Shown here piece by piece: positions 28,575 through 38,746 of a stretch of DNA of 64,000 nt. The position numbers and the translations under genes are program-made. The first letter of the stretch is position 1, and every line of letters begins with the position of its first letter. The stretch spans positions 16,040 through 80,039 of the forward strand of contig CAZYNM010000001.1 in NCBI GenBank assembly GCA_964648715.1, given 5' to 3'. Below the pieces are notes generated by a model. That model was given only the letters and a program-made list of their open reading frames with translations, had not been told where the DNA came from and made no database searches. Source of the stretch: an uncultured Pseudomonadales bacterium (GTDB taxonomy: Bacteria > Patescibacteriota > Microgenomatia > UBA1400 > PJMF01).

Positions 28575-29297
28575 ATGATTGATTTAACACCCCGACAAAT
28601 CCAGATCCTCCGAGCTATTATTCAAGAGTTTATTGATACTGCTGAACCTGTAGGTTCTGACACTATTGATAAAAAATATAGCATCGGTGTCTCACCTGCT
28701 ACTATTCGTAATGAGATGGTGCATCTGGCTGAGCAAGGTTATCTTTCAAAGACACACAGCAGCGCTGGACGCACGCCCACACCAATAGCTCTCAAGTTGT
28801 ATGTCAACGAGCTTATGAAAGAAAAGGAGCTATCTGTAGCAGATGAAGTGTCAGCCAAAGAGAAAATTTGGGAGTGTCGCAAAGAAATAGATGAATTGCT
28901 GGAAGAGATGACCAAAGTCTTAGCTGAGCGTTCACATGCACTTGGTTTGTCCGTACTCAATCAGCAACGTGTTTTTCATTCTGGTTATGCAAATCTTCTG
29001 AATATGCCAGAGTTTTATGACATTAATGTCATGCGTCAGGTTTTGCAGCTTATCGAAGAAGTGAAATCTCTCGATGATATTTTTTCTCATGCGATCAGTG
29101 AGAACCAAGTACAAGTTATCTATGGTCAAGAATTGGGAAATAAAGACTTGGAGCCAATCGGGCTGATTCATATGTCATTTACAGTACGTGGTGTTCCATG
29201 CAGACTAGGAGTGCTGGGCTCAAGTCGATTTGACTATGCCTATATCATTCCTATGATGAAGTACATGCGTGCTTTGGTAAAAGAGCTTGCCGAATAG
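28575..29297 (+). CDS. hrcA: Heat-inducible transcription repressor HrcA (short form)
   Basis: RQIQILRAII, EPVGS, SPATIRNEM, HSSAGRTPT, GVLGSSRFDY. Confidence 0.92.
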   Translation: MIDLTPRQIQILRAIIQEFIDTAEPVGSDTIDKKYSIGVSPATIRNEMVHLAEQGYLSKTHSSAGRTPTPIALKLYVNELMKEKELSVADEVSAKEKIWECRKEIDELLEEMTKVLAERSHALGLSVLNQQRVFHSGYANLLNMPEFYDINVMRQVLQLIEEVKSLDDIFSHAISENQVQVIYGQELGNKDLEPIGLIHMSFTVRGVPCRLGVLGSSRFDYAYIIPMMKYMRALVKELAE

Positions 29298-29306
29298 AGA
29301 GTGTCC

Positions 29307-29822
29307 ATGACAAAACAACCTGTTCAACCATCAACAACTGATGTTGCTCACGAACCCAGTATAACCGGTGATGACGCAGTAGCGTTACTCACACAAACTA
29401 TTGCCAAACTCGAACAGCAAGTGCAGGCACTTAAGGAAGATGCGCTTCGTTCACAAGCCGACTATCAGAATTTAGTGCGTCGTACCCGTGAAGAGAGAGC
29501 TCAGTTTGTGCAGCTTGCACTGCGTGAGTGTATGCAAGAACTTATAGAGCCACTTGAACACCTCAGTATGACTGCTGAGCAGCTTAAAAACCCTGTTCTT
29601 GATATGGTGGTGGGGCAGCTGTGGAATAAGCTTAAGACACAAGGTCTTACTGAACTTGATGTGATGGGTAAACCATTCTCAGTCGAAACTATGGAAGTTG
29701 TAGAACTCACTGAAGGTGCTACTGAGACTACCGGTGTGGTAGTGAAGATCGTAAAGCGCGGCTATGCCTTGCAAGGAAGTGTGCTACAGCACGCAAAAGT
29801 CATTATTGGACTTACAAGTTAG
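29307..29822 (+). CDS. grpE: Nucleotide exchange factor GrpE
   Basis: LRSQADYQNLVRR, KRGYALQGSVLQHAKV; between hrcA and dnaK. Confidence 0.9.
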   Translation: MTKQPVQPSTTDVAHEPSITGDDAVALLTQTIAKLEQQVQALKEDALRSQADYQNLVRRTREERAQFVQLALRECMQELIEPLEHLSMTAEQLKNPVLDMVVGQLWNKLKTQGLTELDVMGKPFSVETMEVVELTEGATETTGVVVKIVKRGYALQGSVLQHAKVIIGLTS

Positions 29823-29845
29823 CAATCTATTGACAACACTGCTAA
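29819..29845 (+). promoter_or_regulatory. CIRCE over the dnaK promoter
   Basis: TTAGCAATC-TATTGACAA-CACTGCTAA with TTGACA inside the spacer and TATAGT at 29854-29859. Confidence 0.8.
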
Positions 29846-29885
29846 ATTTGTAGTATAGTTTGAGGAAGAAAAAACGAAAGGGTAT

Positions 29886-31808
29886 ATGGCAAATTCAGGA
29901 AAGATCATAGGTATTGACCTTGGTACCACCAACTCGGCAGTTGCTGTTATGGAAGGTGGTTCACCTAAAGTTATTCCTACCCGAGAAGGCAGAAATACTT
30001 TTCCATCAATTGTGGCATTTAAAGGTGATGATATTATTGTGGGTGACCCAGCAAAACGCCAGATGGTCATGAATCCCAAAAAAACCATCAACTCAGTCAA
30101 GCGTTTCATGGGACGCAAACTCAAGGACGACGCTGTAAAGTCAGCCATCAAACATGTGTCCTACTCTGTGGGCGAAGGCAAGCAGGGTATGGCTGTCGTG
30201 GAGATTGATGGTAAACAGTACACTCCACAGGAAATTTCCGCAAAGATCTTGGCCAAAGCCAAGCAAGATGCTGAAAGTTATTTGGGTGGAGAAGTAACTA
30301 GAGCAGTTATCACAGTTCCAGCATACTTTGATGACTCACAGCGCCAAGCGACCAAACAAGCAGGAGAGATCGCTGGTCTTACAGTAGAGCGTATTGTAAA
30401 CGAACCAACGGCGGCTGCACTAGCCTACGGTCTTGATAAAAAAGGAAATAGTACCATCGCTGTTTACGACCTAGGTGGCGGAACTTTTGATATTTCTATT
30501 TTGGAAATTGGTGAAGGTGTCTTTGAAGTTAAAGCCACCAATGGTGATACTTTTTTGGGTGGTGATGACTTTGATAACGTCATCATTGAGTGGATTCTGG
30601 CGGAGTTTAAAAAAGAAACCGGTAAAGATCTTGCTAAAGACCCACAGGCATTACAGCGTATTAAAGATGCAGCAGAAAAAGCTAAAATAGAACTTTCTAG
30701 CGCTCAAAGTACAGAAATCAATCAGCCATTCATCACGCAGGGTGATGATAGTCAACCACTCCACCTTACCTTGACACTGAGTCGTGCCAAGCTTGAAGAG
30801 TTGGTTGATGAACTTATTAAGAAAACCTTTGGTCCAGTCAAGAAAGCTATGGACGACGCCAAAGTAAAACCCAGCGATATTGCTGAAGTTGTGTTGGTGG
30901 GTGGTATGACCCGTATGCCCAAAGTGGTAGAAGAAGTTAAGAAGTTCTTTGGCAAACAGCCACATCAGGGGGTTAATCCAGACGAGGTAGTAGCTGTTGG
31001 TGCAGCAGTACAAGCAGGTGTGATTGGTGGAGATGTCAAAGATGTTGTCCTCCTTGACGTTACGCCACTTACCTTGGGTCTGGAGACTCTTGGTGGTGTA
31101 CGCACCCCGCTTATAGAGCGTAATACCACGGTTCCTACCAAGAAGTCGCAGGTGTTCTCAACTGCCGCAGATAATCAGACACAAGTTGAGATTAATGTCT
31201 TGCAAGGTGAGCGCGAAATGGCTACAGACAATCGTTCACTTGGCCGCTTTATCCTTGATGGTATTCCTCCAGCACCACGTGGGGTTCCTCAAGTTGAAGT
31301 GACCTTTGATATTGATTCAAACGGTATTTTGCATGTTACTGCCAAAGAAAAGAATACGGGTAAGGAGCAGAAGATTACGATTCAAAACTCTACTAATCTT
31401 TCCAAGGAAGAAGTTGAGAAGATGAAGGCTGAAGCTGAAAAACACGCCGAAGAAGACAAGCAAAAGCGTGAGCTTATTGAAGCAAAAAATCATGCCACCA
31501 GCGTGTCATTTGAGATTGAGAAACAACTCAAAGAATACGGTGACAAACTTGATGCCAAAGACAAAGAATCTATTGAAGAAAATGTGAAAAAGCTCAAAGA
31601 ACTGGCACAAAAAGAAGACGTCACCAAAGCAGAGCTTGATACCGCAACAGAAGAAATGTTCAAGTCTGCACAAAAAATTGGTGAAGCAATGCAGAAAGCT
31701 GGTGCAACACCAGGTGCTACTCCCTCAGGAGAGACCCCTGCTGCTGAAGCTAAAGATGCTAAGGCGGATGAAAAGAAAGATGCCGAAGAAGGCGAAGTGG
31801 TGAACTAA
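29886..31808 (+). CDS. dnaK: Chaperone DnaK
   Basis: [32 protein letters not shown]. Confidence 0.98.
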   Translation: MANSGKIIGIDLGTTNSAVAVMEGGSPKVIPTREGRNTFPSIVAFKGDDIIVGDPAKRQMVMNPKKTINSVKRFMGRKLKDDAVKSAIKHVSYSVGEGKQGMAVVEIDGKQYTPQEISAKILAKAKQDAESYLGGEVTRAVITVPAYFDDSQRQATKQAGEIAGLTVERIVNEPTAAALAYGLDKKGNSTIAVYDLGGGTFDISILEIGEGVFEVKATNGDTFLGGDDFDNVIIEWILAEFKKETGKDLAKDPQALQRIKDAAEKAKIELSSAQSTEINQPFITQGDDSQPLHLTLTLSRAKLEELVDELIKKTFGPVKKAMDDAKVKPSDIAEVVLVGGMTRMPKVVEEVKKFFGKQPHQGVNPDEVVAVGAAVQAGVIGGDVKDVVLLDVTPLTLGLETLGGVRTPLIERNTTVPTKKSQVFSTAADNQTQVEINVLQGEREMATDNRSLGRFILDGIPPAPRGVPQVEVTFDIDSNGILHVTAKEKNTGKEQKITIQNSTNLSKEEVEKMKAEAEKHAEEDKQKRELIEAKNHATSVSFEIEKQLKEYGDKLDAKDKESIEENVKKLKELAQKEDVTKAELDTATEEMFKSAQKIGEAMQKAGATPGATPSGETPAAEAKDAKADEKKDAEEGEVVN

Positions 31809-31833
31809 TCACTGCGAAACAGTGTGATCAATG

Positions 31834-31867
31834 AAAAGCCTGGTGGGCCTGCCCATCAGGCTTTTTT
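31834..31867. terminator. Bidirectional intrinsic terminator
   Basis: AAAAGCCTGGTGGG...CCCATCAGGCTTTTTT between convergent genes. Confidence 0.85.
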
Positions 31868-31887
31868 GTAGGTTAAGGAGTGAAAAA

Positions 31888-33117
31888 CTACACACCAAAT
31901 AGGGTGTTGCTGTCTAGGTGTGTTGCTAGTCGTTTGTAGACCTCAACAATATCAGTGCGTGTTGGTTTAGGAGGTAGTACTCGCATGATGCGTGTTGCTA
32001 AGGTGCCCTGTTCAAGGATCGTCGCGATGGTATGCATCCACGGCTGTTCTGGCATACGCGTTTTGGTTAATTCAAGCAAGTGGTGAAGTATCTCACGGGT
32101 AGTGAAGCGGGCGCCAGAAACACCAAGTGTAGAGAGGTATTCTTGATCGGTGATTCCCGTAGCTTCCGCACTGCGCATGCACTCACGCAATACAGTACCA
32201 AGTTGTTCATGATTGAGTGCTTGTTGAGCAGCAAGCGGTGTAAAAGCTTCTTCTACAAACATTTGTACAATGGCAGTAATGAATTGACATATAGCAAGGT
32301 CTGCACGTGGGCATTCTTGTGCATCAATAAGTCTAATCTCAATGCGTCCCTCTGCAAAGTTCACTCGTGCTCCTCGTGAGTTGAGTGCTGGAGTAGACAA
32401 GACCTTGTCAGGATCAACTGGTGCAATTTGTGCATACAATGGCTCAAGTATTTTGGCGGTATATTCAGCTTCACTCCATGCCGCTTCAGGAACAATGCTC
32501 CCTGTAATGAGTGGATATTTTTCTTGATTGGTTCTGTATACTTCAAGCCGTGAATCAAGAAAACCGGTGTGCGCCCCTTCTAAGAGTGGGGTGCTTGCGG
32601 CCACTGCCGGAATAAGTGGCAAAACTAAGCGGATGGCTGCATGCAAACGAGCAAACTCAGCATCTGTGGCAAAGGAAAAATTAAGGTGTGTACTCTGTAG
32701 ATTAGCCCACCCGTGGCGATAGCAGTTGAAGAGTGTGTGGTAATGTTCATACACTTCATGCCATTGGTGTTGCCATACTACTGTTTCTTTAGTTGGATCC
32801 ATAAAAGGATGCGCACCCGTGGGGAGCAAGCATGCGTGGTGTGGTTCCAGGAGTGCATTGAGAGCTTGAACTTCACTTGCAAACTGATTTGCAAGATCAT
32901 CTAGCCCATTAACCGGGAGTGCAGGACGCACTTCAACCACATGTGCTACCAATTCGTTTGACCAATTAAGGCCAGATGGACGGTTTACCTCATCAGTCAC
33001 CGTACCGTCAGTTGTGCGCAGTACTTGGTCTGAAATAGGCAGTACCTGTAAAGTTTCTTTGTCTACAATCATGTACTCAATTTCTACACCGTATTTAGAG
33101 AAGAGTGAGTACTTCAT
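31888..33117 (-). CDS. Glutamate--cysteine ligase family 2 (GCS2) carboxylate-amine ligase
   Basis: GVEIEYMIVD, WSNELVAHVVE, GAHPFMDP, HGWANLQSTHLN, NSRGA, IEIRLIDAQE. Confidence 0.85.
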   Translation of the reverse strand: MKYSLFSKYGVEIEYMIVDKETLQVLPISDQVLRTTDGTVTDEVNRPSGLNWSNELVAHVVEVRPALPVNGLDDLANQFASEVQALNALLEPHHACLLPTGAHPFMDPTKETVVWQHQWHEVYEHYHTLFNCYRHGWANLQSTHLNFSFATDAEFARLHAAIRLVLPLIPAVAASTPLLEGAHTGFLDSRLEVYRTNQEKYPLITGSIVPEAAWSEAEYTAKILEPLYAQIAPVDPDKVLSTPALNSRGARVNFAEGRIEIRLIDAQECPRADLAICQFITAIVQMFVEEAFTPLAAQQALNHEQLGTVLRECMRSAEATGITDQEYLSTLGVSGARFTTREILHHLLELTKTRMPEQPWMHTIATILEQGTLATRIMRVLPPKPTRTDIVEVYKRLATHLDSNTLFGV

Positions 33118-34580
33118 AGAGAAACTTTTTCTTGTCTACTGAGATGTGCCACGCGACGCATAAAAGAAGCAATAATAATCTCATATAGTTTTTGTTTTAG
33201 CACTTGATCTTCAACTCTATTGTCAATGTTGGGGTTATCATTGACCTCAATAACAAGCACATCATCACCAATCTCTTTCAGATCAACGCCATAGAGACCA
33301 TCGCCAATAAGCTCCGTTGCGGAAAGAGCAGCTCTAAGAACTTTTTTGGGTACATCTTCTATTGCCAGCGTCTCATGTTTGCCATCTACCGTAGTTTTAT
33401 TACCCCAATCGTAGATCTGCCAGTGATTCTTTGCCATGTAGTACTTGCACGCAAAAAGTGGTTTGCCATCGAGAACGCCAATGCGCCAATCAAAATCAGT
33501 AGGCATAAATGATTGCGCAATGATGAGATCTGACTCTTCCAGCATTTTCTCCAATTTATTCTTGAGCTCACGACGTGTTGAAACTTTGATAACTCCTTGT
33601 GAAAAAGAACTGTCAGGAAGCTTAAGCACACACGGCAGTCCCACAACCTGTTCAACTTGGTCTATAGTATGTTTATGGACGATCATAGTGGGTGGGGTCG
33701 GGATTTTTGCTTTTGCTAACAGTTCCGCCAAATATACCTTGTTTGAACAGCGCATAATAGAATCGGGGTCATCAATGACAGCAATGCCCTCGGTGAGTGC
33801 CCTACGGGCAAAACGGTACGTATAGTGATTCACCGCAGTAGTGGCACGAATGAACAATGCATCAAACTCTTCAATGCGTGAGTATTCTTGAGGACTCAGC
33901 ACTTCTACGTGGATGTGCTCATCCTCGGCGGCAGTGATGAAGTTTTTTATAGCTTGTTTATTGGAGGGAGGTGCTTTTTCTGTGGGATCAACCAAAATAG
34001 CAAGGTCAAAGATGGGGTTCTCAAGCTTGGGAAGAGCGTGCCTTTTTTTGCGAAAGTATTCATCTGCACAAGCACTCACAAAATTTCTATCTTCATCAGG
34101 GATATCGGTCACCTGAAGAGGTGAAATATTTTGTAAGATCCAGCGCTTATTAAACACAAACTGTGCTTTGAAAAGTGGTGTCTGGAAGAGACTATACAAC
34201 TCACGACTGAGCTCATCATAACTATCTGCAAAGTTTTTACCAAAATAGACAGAGAGTGTAAACTCTGTTGATTTAATACGTCGTAAACTTTTTTGAAAAA
34301 GCGAATCCAGCTCATCAGAGATGGAACGAATAATGGTGCGTGATTTGAAGTCTTGGATAGTGCTAATTTCAGGAATGACACGATGGCCGCGAGCTTCGGC
34401 TAGAAGTGATACGTAATACCCTAGGGTTTGGTACCGGTATGAACTGCATAAATTAAAAATTCGCACAGAGGAGAGCTGACTATATTTAGGATTGGTGAGG
34501 TACTCACGTGCGGAGATAACAGGGACTTGTTGAGAAAGTTGCCAGCGGTCAGGATTGTTGACCACGATGATGTTGTGCAT
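33114..34580 (-). CDS. RimK-family ATP-grasp ligase with N-terminal RLAN domain
   Basis: NLCSSYRYQTLGYYVSLLAEARGH, DALFIRATT, RCSNKVYL, LKLPDSSFSQGV, DWRIGVL, YGVDLK, IEVNDNPN. Confidence 0.9.
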   Translation of the reverse strand: MHNIIVVNNPDRWQLSQQVPVISAREYLTNPKYSQLSSVRIFNLCSSYRYQTLGYYVSLLAEARGHRVIPEISTIQDFKSRTIIRSISDELDSLFQKSLRRIKSTEFTLSVYFGKNFADSYDELSRELYSLFQTPLFKAQFVFNKRWILQNISPLQVTDIPDEDRNFVSACADEYFRKKRHALPKLENPIFDLAILVDPTEKAPPSNKQAIKNFITAAEDEHIHVEVLSPQEYSRIEEFDALFIRATTAVNHYTYRFARRALTEGIAVIDDPDSIMRCSNKVYLAELLAKAKIPTPPTMIVHKHTIDQVEQVVGLPCVLKLPDSSFSQGVIKVSTRRELKNKLEKMLEESDLIIAQSFMPTDFDWRIGVLDGKPLFACKYYMAKNHWQIYDWGNKTTVDGKHETLAIEDVPKKVLRAALSATELIGDGLYGVDLKEIGDDVLVIEVNDNPNIDNRVEDQVLKQKLYEIIIASFMRRVAHLSRQEKVSL

Positions 34581-34664
34581 ATACGTGCTAGAGGTACAGG
34601 ACAGCATTATACACTAGTTTACTGGTCTGCAAGAGTGATATCTATGGTATGCTATGACTACTAT

Positions 34665-35348
34665 ATGGAACCTACATTATCAGTTATAGTTCCTGTGTAC
34701 AATGAAGAAAAAACAGTGGCTGAAGTCTTGAAACGACTTCTCAAAGTTTCCATTGTTGATGAGATCATTGTGGTAGACGATGGCTCTCATGATGACACTG
34801 AAATAAAAGTGCGGAGTGTCAAAAGCAAGAAAATTACCTACTTCAAAAAAGACAATGGTGGAAAAGGTAGTGCTATTCAGTATGGATTAACCCAAGTAAC
34901 TGGAACTCACGTACTTATTCAAGACGCAGACCTAGAATATGATCCAGAAGACATCCCTACTTTATTTGAACCTATCCAGCGTGGTCGAGTTGAAATTGTA
35001 TATGGTTCACGTTTTTTGGGGCCACATCTCAACTTACTTTTTTGGCATCGCTTAGGTAATCACTTGCTAAATGTTGCGGTAAATATTTTGTTTAATACAA
35101 CACTGTCTGACATGGAAACATGTTACAAATTATTGCCAACAGGTGTGTTCCGTTCGCTCAATATAACCTCTAATAATTTTGATATTGAACCAGAAATCAC
35201 CTGCAAACTTTTGTTGCAAGGATACAAGATCTACGAAGTTCCTATTAGTTACATCGGGCGAGATTTTAGTGAGGGTAAGAAGATCACCTGGAGAGATGGT
35301 ATTAGTGCATTACGAACAATTATTGGTTTACGCGTAGGTATGAACTAA
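34665..35348 (+). CDS. GT2 glycosyltransferase (polyprenyl-phosphate glycosyltransferase-like)
   Basis: SVIVPVYNE, VVDDGSHD, GKGSAI, IQDADLEYDP, YGSRF, DMETCYK. Confidence 0.9.
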   Translation: MEPTLSVIVPVYNEEKTVAEVLKRLLKVSIVDEIIVVDDGSHDDTEIKVRSVKSKKITYFKKDNGGKGSAIQYGLTQVTGTHVLIQDADLEYDPEDIPTLFEPIQRGRVEIVYGSRFLGPHLNLLFWHRLGNHLLNVAVNILFNTTLSDMETCYKLLPTGVFRSLNITSNNFDIEPEITCKLLLQGYKIYEVPISYIGRDFSEGKKITWRDGISALRTIIGLRVGMN

Positions 35349-35375
35349 CGAGTAACACACAGAAGTCAGCAACGT

Positions 35376-37715
35376 ATGCACTTTTTTCAGCAAGCAAAGG
35401 TACGAGAATGGGGTGGAATAACGCTTGTTTGTATTCTCTTGCTTTTCGCACGTTTTTATCCATTTATCTTAGGAAAAACACTGTTTTTTGGAGATAACTA
35501 TTCACTCATGGTCCCAGCTAAAGTATTTACTGCAACGGCAATTCGCGCTGGTGAAATGCCCTTTTGGAACCCGTACCTTTTTGGTGGTCTCAATTGGATT
35601 GGTGATATTAATTTTTCCACTGTTTATTTTTCAACTTTTTTCTTTGTGCTATTTGATACTGTTGCTGCATTTAATTTCACCATCGTCAGTCACTATGTAA
35701 TTACCTTTGTAGGTATGTATATACTTATGCGTACCTATCAGGACAGAATCGTTTCCTGTACGATAGCTGCATTGTGGATGTTCTCCACACAGTTTGCAGG
35801 AGCAACCAACAATCTCTCAACATTGCAATCAATGGCTTGGTTTCCATGGATTATATGGGCTGGTCTCAACGTTCATAGGACATATTTTAGGAAAATAACT
35901 TTTGGTTTGTTGGTGACACTCCAATTTTTGGCTGGATACCCACAACATGTAGTGTATGCAGTCCTTACTGTAGTTATACATAGTTTGCTTAGTAGCTCAC
36001 TTTCGTGGAAACGATGGCTGACAGGCTGGGTAGTAACGGGCATTGTTGTTGTTTCTATGGCAACCGTTGCATGGCTGCCTTTTGCCCAAGCACTCTTGCA
36101 GTCAACACGTATGGAACAAACAACAGTGCAAGCACAAACAGGATCTCTTCATCCTGTAATGATAGTAAAAGCTATTCTTTCGTATGCTTTTGATAATCCC
36201 AGCAAAGGGATAAAGTGGGGACCTGCTTGGAACGGGCAACCCAATATGGTTTGGAATATCAGTAGCATTGGGTTAGTAGTACTCATATTATCCCTGATGC
36301 AAGGAGGCCTGTGGCATAAGAAAGTGCGTGTTTTTGCAGGGATTGCACTGGTATCTCTTATCTTATCCTTTGGTGCCTATCTACCGGGGTATGAATATCT
36401 ACAAAAAGCAGTACCATTTTTGCGCATTGGTAGATACCCAAGTATGGTACTCATTGTGACACAGTTGTATCTTTTGCTGTGGCTAGGGAATGTGGTCCGT
36501 TCTGTACTGATGCCGCGCAGATTGGCGCACCTAGTTGGATGGGTGGCTGCTGTGAGCGCGTTTCTTGTTGGGCTACAGTGGCTATGGATTAAGCGTGCTC
36601 CCACGCAGTGGTGGTCAACTTTAAACGAAGTTGCTCAAGGAAGTCTCACGAAAAGTACATTCCACACACTGGCTCGTGATGTGCAGATTGCAAATATGAT
36701 TAGTGAAAATATTTTTGTTGTTGGATGTGTACTCTCACTTGGTATGTGGGCAGCATACAAAAAAAAGTTTTTTATTCTCTCTATGCTAATGATCTTTGAG
36801 TGCTGGTATAGCACGCAAGCGAACTTTCTTTTTGCTCCCTCTGAAATCTACCCATCCAGTAGAGAGCCAAGTGTGATTGTTCAGCAACAAGATGAAACAC
36901 TTTTTTCGAAACTATCAGAGACTCAGTACAGGGCACTAACAAGAGCTAGTAATAAACCATACAGTGATTTTGGCAGTTACTGGGAAGCACTGGTAGTGCG
37001 CGCCCCATTCTCTGATTCATTTGTTAACGAGAATGAATTACAAACATATACACGTCTCAAGAATCTACGTGATACATTTGCCCCCGATTGGCATCTGCGT
37101 TGGAACATTCGTTTTATTAATGGTTACACAGCGTTACTGCCCCAAGACTTTGCACATATTTGGCAGCGATCGTATGAGCAACCACGCATTAACTTTATTT
37201 CTTCGGTAGATCCTAACGATGGAGAACAACAACTACTACTCAAAAAATGGGCGGTAAAGTATTACCTGGTAGATTCTTCATATCCATTGTATGGTGAAGT
37301 ATTCACTTCACAACCAGTTGCTTCACAAGGTGCGTTACTCTTGTACGAAATTCCTGGAGCACTTCCTCGTTTTAGAGGCAGCGAACAACCTATTGAGCTC
37401 AAAGAAGTGCAAGAGAAAACATCTTCCCAAAGAGTGACTGTTGATTCCCCTCGTGCACAAGATCTCATCATTGCCGATCGGTATGATGAGCAGTGGGTGG
37501 GGAAAGTAAATGGAAGACCACAGCAAATTCATCTTAAAGACGGCATGCGAAGTATAGAGATTCCAGCCGGAAGTAGCACCGTTGAGTTGTCATTTGTGCC
37601 AGTCTGGTTTTATCGTGGCATATGGATCACTATGCTTAGTAGCATGGTTTGGTTAGTTGTGGGGGTGATTAGCACTCAGAAGTGGATAGTGCTTAACAGA
37701 ATGTTGGGTAAGTGA
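35376..37715 (+). CDS. YfhO-family (GT-C fold) multi-pass membrane protein
   Basis: GEMPFWNPYLFGG, LAGYPQH, many TMs, C-terminal ADRYDEQW...MRSIEIPAGSSTVEL; adjacent to GT2. Confidence 0.8.
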   Translation: MHFFQQAKVREWGGITLVCILLLFARFYPFILGKTLFFGDNYSLMVPAKVFTATAIRAGEMPFWNPYLFGGLNWIGDINFSTVYFSTFFFVLFDTVAAFNFTIVSHYVITFVGMYILMRTYQDRIVSCTIAALWMFSTQFAGATNNLSTLQSMAWFPWIIWAGLNVHRTYFRKITFGLLVTLQFLAGYPQHVVYAVLTVVIHSLLSSSLSWKRWLTGWVVTGIVVVSMATVAWLPFAQALLQSTRMEQTTVQAQTGSLHPVMIVKAILSYAFDNPSKGIKWGPAWNGQPNMVWNISSIGLVVLILSLMQGGLWHKKVRVFAGIALVSLILSFGAYLPGYEYLQKAVPFLRIGRYPSMVLIVTQLYLLLWLGNVVRSVLMPRRLAHLVGWVAAVSAFLVGLQWLWIKRAPTQWWSTLNEVAQGSLTKSTFHTLARDVQIANMISENIFVVGCVLSLGMWAAYKKKFFILSMLMIFECWYSTQANFLFAPSEIYPSSREPSVIVQQQDETLFSKLSETQYRALTRASNKPYSDFGSYWEALVVRAPFSDSFVNENELQTYTRLKNLRDTFAPDWHLRWNIRFINGYTALLPQDFAHIWQRSYEQPRINFISSVDPNDGEQQLLLKKWAVKYYLVDSSYPLYGEVFTSQPVASQGALLLYEIPGALPRFRGSEQPIELKEVQEKTSSQRVTVDSPRAQDLIIADRYDEQWVGKVNGRPQQIHLKDGMRSIEIPAGSSTVELSFVPVWFYRGIWITMLSSMVWLVVGVISTQKWIVLNRMLGK
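37669..37695 (+). promoter_or_regulatory. CIRCE upstream of dnaJ, inside the 3' end of the YfhO-like gene
   Basis: TTAGCACTC-AGAAGTGGA-TAGTGCTTA; extended -10 TGaTACAAT at 37713-37721. Confidence 0.75.
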
Positions 37716-37736
37716 TACAATTTTCTTTCATCAGCT

Positions 37737-38603
37737 ATGGCAACACAACGAGATTACTACGAAGTTTTGGGAGTTAAAAAAGGTGCTTCAGAAGCAGACC
37801 TGAAGGCGGCCTATCGTAAAATGGCACTTAAGTGGCACCCCGATAGAAACGCAGATAATAAAGCAGAAGCAGAACAGAAGTTTAAAGAAATCAACGAAGC
37901 CTACCAAGTGCTATCTGATCCTCAGAAAAAACAGATGTATGACCAGTTTGGTCATGCTGCCTTTGACCCTGCCAGTGGTATGGGAGGCAATCCATTTGCT
38001 GGTGGCACACGCCAAGGCCCATTTACGTACACCTACACAACTGGTGGTAACAATCCGTTTGGTGGTTTTGATGGTGGTGATCCATTTGAGATCTTTGAGC
38101 AGTTCTTTGGCGGTGGCTTTGGTGGTTTCTCGCAAGCTGCTCGTCGTCCACGCTATTCCTTGACTATTGATTTCATGGAGGCAGTGAAGGGTACGGTGAA
38201 AGAAGTGCAAATAGAGGGTAAGAAACGAAGTATCAAAATTCCTCCTGGTGCAGATGATGGTACGCGCATCCGCTTTGATGAGTTTGATATTACATTATCT
38301 GTGCGCTCTCATGAGCGTTTTAAGCGTGAAGGTACAGATTTGTATGTAGACCACACCATCTCATTTTCGATGGCAGCACTGGGTGGCGTTACCAACCTCG
38401 ATACACTAGAACAGACGTTGCAACTCAAGATCCGCCCAGGAACAGCCTCACACACACTTGTGCGTCTGCGGGGAGAAGGTGTCCCACACATGCGAGGGAG
38501 TGGCAAAGGTGATCTGTACGTGCGACTTTTAGTAACCGTTCCTGAAAAACTGACTACAGCTCAAAAAAAGGCTCTGAAGGCTCTTGAAGAAGCTGGGCTG
38601 TAG
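37737..38603 (+). CDS. dnaJ: DnaJ-family co-chaperone lacking the zinc finger (class B)
   Basis: [13 protein letters not shown]-rich linker, C-terminal domain; no CxxCxGxG repeats. Confidence 0.9.
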   Translation: MATQRDYYEVLGVKKGASEADLKAAYRKMALKWHPDRNADNKAEAEQKFKEINEAYQVLSDPQKKQMYDQFGHAAFDPASGMGGNPFAGGTRQGPFTYTYTTGGNNPFGGFDGGDPFEIFEQFFGGGFGGFSQAARRPRYSLTIDFMEAVKGTVKEVQIEGKKRSIKIPPGADDGTRIRFDEFDITLSVRSHERFKREGTDLYVDHTISFSMAALGGVTNLDTLEQTLQLKIRPGTASHTLVRLRGEGVPHMRGSGKGDLYVRLLVTVPEKLTTAQKKALKALEEAGL

Positions 38604-38646
38604 ATGGTCTTGAGTCGTTTCACTTTACTTCTGCCTTATTTTTTTG

Positions 38647-38703
38647 TATAATGCTTTTACTGTTGATAGGAGGAAGGGCACGGTAAAACGGGAGCCCTTT
38701 TTT
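38647..38703 (+). promoter_or_regulatory. nusA promoter and leader terminator (rimP-leader-like attenuator)
   Basis: TATAAT 38647-38652, then AAGGGC...GCCCTT-TTTT hairpin at 38674-38703 in the 5' UTR. Confidence 0.55.
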
Positions 38704-38746
38704 ATTACAACACGAAAGTAATGGTACTTATTTAATAAATAAAATT

